DNA of 64,000 bases. Source: Candidatus Paracaedimonas acanthamoebae. Its GTDB lineage: Bacteria; Pseudomonadota; Alphaproteobacteria; Caedimonadales; Caedimonadaceae. The notes below the pieces were generated by a model that did not search any database, had not been told where the DNA came from, and saw nothing but the letters and a program-made list of their open reading frames with translations. The stretch is from positions 9,500 through 73,499 of the forward strand of contig JAFKGL010000010.1 of NCBI GenBank assembly GCA_017307065.1. The letters are read 5' to 3'. The position numbers and the translations under genes are program-made. Shown here piece by piece: positions 57,915 to 64,000 of the stretch; position 1 is the stretch's first letter, and the number at the start of each line of letters is the position of its first letter.

Positions 57915-59486
57915 ATGCATGAATTAGAGCATAGGCCTAAAGGATGGAAACGATGGGTTTTTTCCACCAATCATAAAGATATAGGAACACTTTACATTAT
58001 ATTTTCTATTGCAGCTGGTTTTTTAGGCGCATTTTTATCCATTCTGATGCGTCTTCAGCTTGCCCATCCGGCTGGGACTGTTTTTATGGGAAATTATCAA
58101 CTTTATAACGTTGTTATTACCGCTCACGGGTTACTTATGATCTTTTTTATGGTAATGCCAGCTTTGATAGGTGGATTTGGCAACTGGTTTGTTCCCTTGT
58201 TGATCGGAGCGCCGGATATGGCTTTCCCCCGCTTAAATAATATAAGCTTTTGGTTATTAGTCCCGTCCTTAATACTGTTAATTATGGCAGTTTTTGTTGG
58301 CTCTGGAGCTGGAACAGGATGGACAATGTATCCGCCTCTGAGTTCATTGTTAGGGCACTCGGATGCTTCTGTAGATTTTATGCTTTTTGCTCTTCATCTC
58401 GCAGGGGCTTCATCACTGCTGGGGGCCATCAATTTTATTACCACTATTTTTAATATGCGAGCGCCGGGGATGACGCTTCATAAAATGCCTTTATTCGTAT
58501 GGTCTATGCTTGTGACGTCATTCTTATTGTTGTTGTCTGTCCCTGTTTTGGCAGGCGGGATTACAATGTTAATTACAGATCGAAATTTTGGAACGACGTT
58601 TTTTGACCCTGCAGGGGGAGGAGATCCAGTTCTATTCCAACATCTCTTTTGGTTTTTCGGGCATCCTGAAGTTTATATCATGATTTTGCCTGCTTTCGGC
58701 ATCATTAGTCAGGTTCTTTCAACATTTTCTAAAAAACCCATATTTGGTTATTTAGGCATGGTTTACGCAATGGTATCAATAGGTTTAATTGGTTTCGTGG
58801 TTTGGGCTCACCATATGTTCACGGTGGGGCTTGATGTCAATACGCGGGCTTATTTTACAGCTGCAACGATGATTATTGCTGTCCCAACGGGAATTAAAGT
58901 GTTTAGTTGGATAGCAACGATGTGGGGGGGCTCGATTACTTTTCGGGTTCCTATGCTGTTTGCGGTTGGGTTTATTTTTGTTTTTACATTAGGAGGATTA
59001 ACAGGTGTTATCCTCTCAAATGCTGGTCTTGATGTTGTGCTTCATGATACATACTATGTGGTTGCTCATTTTCATTATGTTTTATCGATGGGAGCCCTAT
59101 TTGGAATATTTTGTGGATTCTATTATTGGTTTGGCAAGATGTTTGGGAAAGAATTTCCTGAAACCTTAGGAAAAATCCATTTCTGGCTTACTTTCGTAGG
59201 TGTTAATTTGTTATTTTTCCCCATGCACTTTTTAGGTTTAGCTGGGATGCCAAGGCGTATTCCGGATTATCCAACAGCTTATGCTGGCTGGAATAAAATT
59301 GCGTCCTATGGGGCTTATATAACAGCCTTTGCCACAGTCTTTTTTATAGGGAGCATTTTCTATGCTTTGTGGCGGGGAAGAAAAGCTGAAGCAAATCCGT
59401 GGGGAGAAGGAGCGACAACTTTAGAGTGGACGGTTAGCTCACCACCGCCATTTCATACATTTGAAACACTCCCAACGGTTAAGTAG
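57915..59486 (+). CDS. ctaD: Cytochrome c oxidase subunit I
   Basis: Canonical aa3-type subunit I ([23 protein letters not shown]). 523 aa. Confidence 0.97.
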   Translation: MHELEHRPKGWKRWVFSTNHKDIGTLYIIFSIAAGFLGAFLSILMRLQLAHPAGTVFMGNYQLYNVVITAHGLLMIFFMVMPALIGGFGNWFVPLLIGAPDMAFPRLNNISFWLLVPSLILLIMAVFVGSGAGTGWTMYPPLSSLLGHSDASVDFMLFALHLAGASSLLGAINFITTIFNMRAPGMTLHKMPLFVWSMLVTSFLLLLSVPVLAGGITMLITDRNFGTTFFDPAGGGDPVLFQHLFWFFGHPEVYIMILPAFGIISQVLSTFSKKPIFGYLGMVYAMVSIGLIGFVVWAHHMFTVGLDVNTRAYFTAATMIIAVPTGIKVFSWIATMWGGSITFRVPMLFAVGFIFVFTLGGLTGVILSNAGLDVVLHDTYYVVAHFHYVLSMGALFGIFCGFYYWFGKMFGKEFPETLGKIHFWLTFVGVNLLFFPMHFLGLAGMPRRIPDYPTAYAGWNKIASYGAYITAFATVFFIGSIFYALWRGRKAEANPWGEGATTLEWTVSSPPPFHTFETLPTVK

Positions 59487-59489
59487 GCA

Positions 59490-60398
59490 ATGGTTTCTAT
59501 CCCGACAACGACTCCTTATTTCTCAAGCCACTCTGCAGAAGCTACAGTTAAGGACTTTATCACCTTACTTAAGCCAGGTGTGATGACTCTTGTTGTTTTT
59601 AGTGGTTGGGTTGGAATTTATCTTGCTCCAGGGGATTTACACCCTTTTTTAGAGGGGCTTGTTTTACTCGCAATTGCTTTAGGATCTGGCGCTTCTGGAG
59701 CTCTTAACATGTGGTATGATCGGGATATTGATGCGCTTATGAAAAGAACGCAAAGTCGCCCTATTCCAGCAGGACGCATAGCACCTCAAGATGCTTTAGC
59801 CTTTGGAATGATATTAGCCATTTTTTCAATTATATTGATGGGGCTTTCGACCAATTATTTTGCTGCCACTTTATTGGCTTTTTCGATCTTTTTTTATGCG
59901 GTTATTTATACGATGATTCTCAAAAGAACAACGGCGTATAATATTGTTATTGGCGGTGCTGCAGGAGCCTTTCCACCTCTCATTGGATGGGTTGCAGCAA
60001 CAAACGCGATAAGCCCAGAAGCTGTTCTATTATTCTTTATTATTTTCTTGTGGACTCCTCCTCATTTTTGGGCCTTAGCGCTTACAAAAGTTGAAGATTA
60101 TAAACAAGCGAATATTCCAATGTTGCCTAATGTAGTTGGGGAACAGGCAACAAAAAAACAAATCTTAATTTATTCATTTCTATTAATTAGTTTTTCTTAC
60201 TTTTTTTTCTGGTTTCCTCCCTATGGTTGGATTTATGGATCTCTCATAACAATCTTGAATCTAGGATGGTTATTTTTTACGTTTAAGCTCTATTTTAAGG
60301 GGAAAAATACGAATGCAATGCGGCTTTTTATTTTTTCTATAGTTTATCTTTTTTTACTTTTAAGTGCTTTAGTATTAGATCATGGGATAGGGCGATGA
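59490..60398 (+). CDS. ctaB: Protoheme IX farnesyltransferase (heme O synthase)
   Basis: UbiA-family motifs (NMWYDRDIDALMKRTQSRP; GGAAGAFPPLIGW; WTPPHFWALA). Confidence 0.93.
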   Translation: MVSIPTTTPYFSSHSAEATVKDFITLLKPGVMTLVVFSGWVGIYLAPGDLHPFLEGLVLLAIALGSGASGALNMWYDRDIDALMKRTQSRPIPAGRIAPQDALAFGMILAIFSIILMGLSTNYFAATLLAFSIFFYAVIYTMILKRTTAYNIVIGGAAGAFPPLIGWVAATNAISPEAVLLFFIIFLWTPPHFWALALTKVEDYKQANIPMLPNVVGEQATKKQILIYSFLLISFSYFFFWFPPYGWIYGSLITILNLGWLFFTFKLYFKGKNTNAMRLFIFSIVYLFLLLSALVLDHGIGR

Positions 60399-60526
60399 AT
60401 CAGTATAAAATGACTAATCAACAGAAAAAACAACGTACTAAGAACAGAGCTTTATTGATAGTTTTAATCTCGATTGTGGGGTTGTTTTATGGATTAGCAA
60501 TCGTGCGCATTAAATTTGGTCACTAG
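60395..60526 (+). CDS. Small single-TM protein between ctaB and ctaG
   Basis: Not in the track (43 aa): MNQYKMTNQQKKQRTKNRALLIVLISIVGLFYGLAIVRIKFGH. The ATG overlaps the ctaB stop (ATGA) and its TAG abuts the ctaG ATG. Short ORFs occupy this slot in other alphaproteobacterial cta clusters. Confidence 0.5.
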   Translation: MNQYKMTNQQKKQRTKNRALLIVLISIVGLFYGLAIVRIKFGH

Positions 60527-61102
60527 ATGACATCTCAACGCAATAAGCGCACAGTTATTTTTCTGTTAATGCTTCTTTTTGTGATGACAGTACTCTCTTT
60601 TGCATCAGTTCCTCTTTATCGTATTTTTTGTCAAAAAACAGGATATGGAGGAACTCCTCGTGTGGCTCTTGCAGGAGCTGATCGCGTTATCGAACATTCT
60701 TTAACAATTCATTTTAATGCAGATATGAATACGTCACTTCCATGGAAATTTTTGCCTTTACAATCAAAAATAACGGTAAAAGCAGGGGCTTTGGGGTTGG
60801 CTTATTATAAGGTGCAAAATACGTCAGATGAACCCCTTATTGGGATTGCTGTCTATAATGTAACGCCTGATAAAGCTGCTCCTTATTTTAATAAAATAGA
60901 ATGTTTTTGTTTTGAAGAACAAAGGCTTGAACCTCATCAGACCCTCGAGCTTCCTGTTCAATTTTATATTGATCCTAAAATCGCTGAAGATCCTCATTGT
61001 AAAGATCTCACTTCTATCACCCTTTCTTATACTTTTTTTGCGGCAAAAGACCCTAAATTACCTGAAATTTTAGGATTGCCCCGCCTTAATAAAAAACCGT
61101 AA
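60527..61102 (+). CDS. ctaG: Cytochrome c oxidase assembly protein CtaG/Cox11
   Basis: N-terminal TM anchor, YRIFCQKTGYGGT and the copper-binding CFCF motif (IECFCFEEQ). Confidence 0.9.
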   Translation: MTSQRNKRTVIFLLMLLFVMTVLSFASVPLYRIFCQKTGYGGTPRVALAGADRVIEHSLTIHFNADMNTSLPWKFLPLQSKITVKAGALGLAYYKVQNTSDEPLIGIAVYNVTPDKAAPYFNKIECFCFEEQRLEPHQTLELPVQFYIDPKIAEDPHCKDLTSITLSYTFFAAKDPKLPEILGLPRLNKKP

Positions 61103-61235
61103 AGGGATAATTTTCATCTCTCCTTCGTAACAATAGTTCAAACTTCCCTAGGTTGCTGTTGAGACAGCTTCTCGGCAGTGTGCAAGTACTATGATAGTTG
61201 AGAGCATGACGAATCTCTTAAATTTTTTCATTCTT

Positions 61236-61545
61236 GTACCAAATTTGCTTGAATTTTGTATCGTTTTGTGATAGTCTGGTAGTAGATGGTTAGAAATGAT
61301 TCCTTCTTATGAAAAGAAGACCTCTCTTCATAAACCCTTTACTCAGTTTCTGAACCCATCCAATAAGAAGAATAATAAAGGGATGAAAACCTAAATTATT
61401 AAAGAAAGTAAGCCTTTTAACGCTCTTTTTGAGCGAATGCCTTCTCTTTGCCTCGTGAAAAGACAAGGAAAGGTCAGGAAGGATGATATTCAGGAGGTTA
61501 TTCTCGGGCTTGTCCCGGGGATCTCGGGCAACCTGGTGATGTAAC
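61236..61545 (+). repeat. Copy B of the dispersed intergenic repeat family (candidate structured RNA/leader element), plus orientation
   Basis: Collinear by-eye alignment with 34127-33781 (-) and, for the first ~90 nt, with 14905-15000 (+). Conserved core at 61410-61468. Confidence 0.6.
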
Positions 61546-61614
61546 TAGGTGGCAAAAGGATCTCAGCATACGTGAAAGGTATGGTGAGGAGAAAAGCCAA
61601 AAAGCAAGAGGAAG

Positions 61615-61677
61615 GGCTTTCTTTTCAAGAAATATCTCTGATCTTTGTATCAAAGATTCTTGAGAGGAAAGAAAGCC
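61615..61677 (+). other. Long imperfect hairpin inside the ORF-free region
   Basis: ggctttcttt-tcaagaa-atatctctg-atcttt-gtatc-aaagat-tcttga-gagg-aaagaaagcc. Three nested helices (10, 6-7 and 6 bp). Confidence 0.5.
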
Positions 61678-61869
61678 GAGAAATCTCAAAATTGAGACGA
61701 GGCCTTTTCTTTTTTTATTAACTCTACTTTGGCTGTCCTTGCGAATGTGAGGGGCATAGTAAGGGAGATAAACCCCAAAAGCATGCAAGAGGGGATTAAA
61801 AGGAAAGACAGACTTATTTTTGGATTTTTCGACAGAAGGTCTTTTCTCTCTATGAAAGGGCATTTCACC

Positions 61870-61893
61870 CTTTCCTGAGTGCACTCAGGAAAG
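61870..61893. repeat. Perfect 24-nt palindrome
   Basis: ctttcctgagtg/cactcaggaaag: the two halves are exact reverse complements. Confidence 0.8.
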
Positions 61894-62367
61894 ATTTGGG
61901 ATCCTGGAGAATGAGCAAGGATGATGAAGGCGTAAATGGATAGGAAGTAAAAAGGGTCTTACAGGTTTCTCCTTTGTTGTTCTTGCGACTCTCTCCCTCT
62001 TTAGGATGAAAAACATCGAATGGGGATAGGGGAGATCTTAAGGTTACTTGAGATCCTAAGCACAGGGCCGAGGATAATGAAAGAAAAGAGGGCTTTGAGC
62101 TTATGGGCGAGAACTGAGTGGAAATAAGAATGAATAAAGAAAGGAGGAAAAGGTTTAGACGTAAAAAGTTAAAATCTCATGATCTGCAAGCCCATCTACA
62201 TCAGGACATTATTAACGACTTTTTTCTAAAAAACTTGTACATGACATAAAATTAAAAATTTTTAATAAAAAAGACTAAAATTGTTGGAAGATAGTTGAAA
62301 GCTAAGCTACATTCTGGCAACCTCTTAAAGAGAAACACGTTTAATTTTTAACAAAAGAGTGAGGATA

Positions 62368-64000
62368 ATGGAAATCTATTATATTATTTTAGGGTGTGGG
62401 CTTTTAGCTTTGCTCTATGGCTTGTATGCAGGGGCGCAAGTTCTTAAAGCCCCCAAAGGAACAGCCAGAATGATTGAGATTGCAGCTGCTATTCAAGAAG
62501 GAGCTGCTGCTTACTTAAATCGTCAATATAAAACAATTGCAATGGTTGGTTTTGTTGTTGCCGCAGGATTATCTTGGGTTCTTGGTTGGCACGTCGGAGC
62601 GGGCTTTGTTATGGGGGCGGTACTTTCTGGAATCGCGGGTTACATTGGAATGAACGTCTCCGTTCGTGCAAATGTAAGAACAGCTGAAGCTGCAAGATCT
62701 GGATTACAACCGGCGTTAGACATTGCTTTTAAAGGCGGTGCAATTACGGGGATGTTGGTTGTTGGTTTAGGACTTCTCGGAATCACTCTTTATTTCATGA
62801 TCTTAAAGAATAGTCATTATGAACAACGTGCGATCATGGAAGCCTTGATTGCATTAAGTTTTGGCGCTTCGCTCATTTCTATTTTTGCTCGTTTAGGGGG
62901 GGGTATCTTCACCAAAGGGGCAGATGTCGGCGCAGATTTGGTTGGTAAGATTGAGGCAGGAATCCCTGAGGATGATCCCCGAAATCCAGCTGTTATCGCA
63001 GATAACGTGGGTGATAACGTGGGTGACTGTGCAGGAATGGCAGCTGACCTTTTTGAAACATATGTGGTCACGATTGTTGCGACAATGGTGTTAGGCACGA
63101 TTTTCATTAAGGGAGACATAGCCGAAACCTTAATCCTATATCCTTTATTGATTGGGGCGGTTTGTATCGTTGGTTCTATTTTGGGAACTTTTGCGGTTAA
63201 GCTTGGTAAGCAACAAAACATCATGGGTGCTTTGTATAAAGGGCTCTTCGTTTGCACGCTTTTATCAGCAGGTTTTATTATGCTGGCAACTCAAAAATTA
63301 GTCGGCTTTGAGCAAACTTTCATGATTGGTGACCTCGTCGTTGATGGAACTAAGCTTTTGATTTGTGCTTTCACAGGTCTTGCCGTAACTGGTCTTCTTG
63401 TGTGGATCACAGAGTATTATACCTCAACAGCGTATCGTCCGGTTCGAAGCATTGCTTCTGCTTCTCAAACAGGCCATGCAACCAATATTATTCAAGGTCT
63501 TGCAGTATCTATGGAATCTTGTGCATTACCAGTGCTCGTGATTTCTGCAGGTATTCTTATCGCTTACACCAATGCGGGGCTTTATGGAATTGCAATTGCG
63601 GCAACGGCAATGTTGGCTTTGGCGGGAATGGTTGTTGCATTAGATGCCTATGGTCCGATCACGGATAACGCGGGTGGTATTGCTGAAATGTCTGAACTTC
63701 CAAAAGAAGTTCGTACGGTAACAGATGCTCTTGATGCTGTTGGAAATACAACGAAAGCCGTGACTAAGGGATACGCGATTGGATCTGCTGGTCTTGCAGC
63801 GCTTGTATTATTCTCTGCTTATACTGAGGATTTAAACCATTATTTCCCCGGCTTGAATTGTGCCTTCGTTCTTCAAGATCCGTATGTTGTAATTGGTCTA
63901 TTCATTGGTGGCTTATTGCCTTATCTTTTTGGGGCAATGGGGATGATGGCTGTCGGTCGTGCTGGTGCGCAAGTCGTTGTTGAAGTCCGTCGTCAATTCA
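62368..64000 (+). CDS. hppA: K+-insensitive pyrophosphate-energized proton pump (H+-PPase), 3'-partial
   Basis: Not in the track because there is no stop within the window. ATG at 62368 follows GAGGA. N-terminus [24 protein letters not shown], then [21 protein letters not shown] and [19 protein letters not shown]. Continues beyond 64000. Confidence 0.95.
   Translation, partial: MEIYYIILGCGLLALLYGLYAGAQVLKAPKGTARMIEIAAAIQEGAAAYLNRQYKTIAMVGFVVAAGLSWVLGWHVGAGFVMGAVLSGIAGYIGMNVSVRANVRTAEAARSGLQPALDIAFKGGAITGMLVVGLGLLGITLYFMILKNSHYEQRAIMEALIALSFGASLISIFARLGGGIFTKGADVGADLVGKIEAGIPEDDPRNPAVIADNVGDNVGDCAGMAADLFETYVVTIVATMVLGTIFIKGDIAETLILYPLLIGAVCIVGSILGTFAVKLGKQQNIMGALYKGLFVCTLLSAGFIMLATQKLVGFEQTFMIGDLVVDGTKLLICAFTGLAVTGLLVWITEYYTSTAYRPVRSIASASQTGHATNIIQGLAVSMESCALPVLVISAGILIAYTNAGLYGIAIAATAMLALAGMVVALDAYGPITDNAGGIAEMSELPKEVRTVTDALDAVGNTTKAVTKGYAIGSAGLAALVLFSAYTEDLNHYFPGLNCAFVLQDPYVVIGLFIGGLLPYLFGAMGMMAVGRAGAQVVVEVRRQF

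Noticed and set aside
61498-61884. 128-aa and 60-aa minus-strand ORFs inside the ctaG-hppA gap.
   Set aside because: They give a low-complexity Ser/Lys/Phe/Leu-rich translation with no RBS context and no recognisable family. The frame is not preserved in the homologous repeat copy A.
61940-62020. Possible inverted partial second copy of the repeat core within the gap (caggtttctcctttgttgttcttgcgactctctccctcttt versus ggggtttcccttctctttcatcagg in copy A plus strand).
   Set aside because: The similarity rests on pyrimidine-rich low-complexity sequence and is not convincingly above chance by eye. It is left for a computed alignment.
61103-62367. Decayed coxC (oxidase subunit III) pseudogene or IS/transposase remnant in the gap.
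   Set aside because: No frame gives hydrophobic CoxIII-like or DDE-transposase-like stretches on inspection, and no terminal inverted repeats were identified. Only a tblastx search can fully exclude this.
62817-63668. ORFs 62817-63257 (-) and 63363-63668 (+).
   Set aside because: Both lie wholly inside the clearly identifiable H+-PPase reading frame, which the track omitted because it has no stop in the window.
1-64000. CRISPR arrays, prophage or integrase genes, IS transposases, toxin-antitoxin pairs, rRNA operons.
   Set aside because: No regularly spaced direct repeats, no integrase, transposase or phage structural motifs, and no rRNA-like sequence were seen in any frame or strand.

Overview
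The window is a gene-dense, AT-rich bacterial chromosome segment of about 60 CDS and 3 tRNAs. No rRNA, CRISPR array, transposase or prophage genes are visible. Gene content and local gene orders point to an alphaproteobacterium, possibly a host-associated or intracellular lineage. The supporting orders are coxB-coxA-ctaB-small ORF-ctaG, kdsD-lptC-lptA-lptB, thioredoxin/YbbN-LonN-Trm112, a short RNase D, a HIG1-type twin-TM protein, Coq7 and an H+-PPase. This taxonomic call is inference only.

Most genes are housekeeping: dnaJ, polA, rpmH-rnpA, gmk, xseA, ispB, rpmE, fbaB, parE, rdgB-hemW, ccmAB and a cytochrome oxidase cluster. A complete fadL-fadD-fadA-fadB-acyl-CoA dehydrogenase beta-oxidation operon is also present.

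Second-look items:
1. A divergent dispersed repeat of about 310-350 nt has three copies. They occupy the three largest intergenic gaps (about 14.9, 33.8-34.1 and 61.2-61.5 kb). Each copy points toward the next gene, and the family has a strongly conserved double-hairpin core. The 61 kb copy sits in a 1.27 kb ORF-free, purine-rich region.
2. A compact type IV pilus / type II secretion-like module (GspE/PilB ATPase, GspF/PilC platform, an unassigned 412-aa bitopic protein and two convergent prepilin genes) follows rnpA directly. No secretin or prepilin peptidase is in the window.
3. Three unassignable secreted proteins (897 aa, 286 aa and about 72 aa) are present.

Several conserved operons appear truncated relative to the orders common in alphaproteobacteria: rnpA without yidC, lptB without rpoN, and ctaG without coxC.

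All homology calls rest on motif recognition by eye. No database search or alignment program was run.
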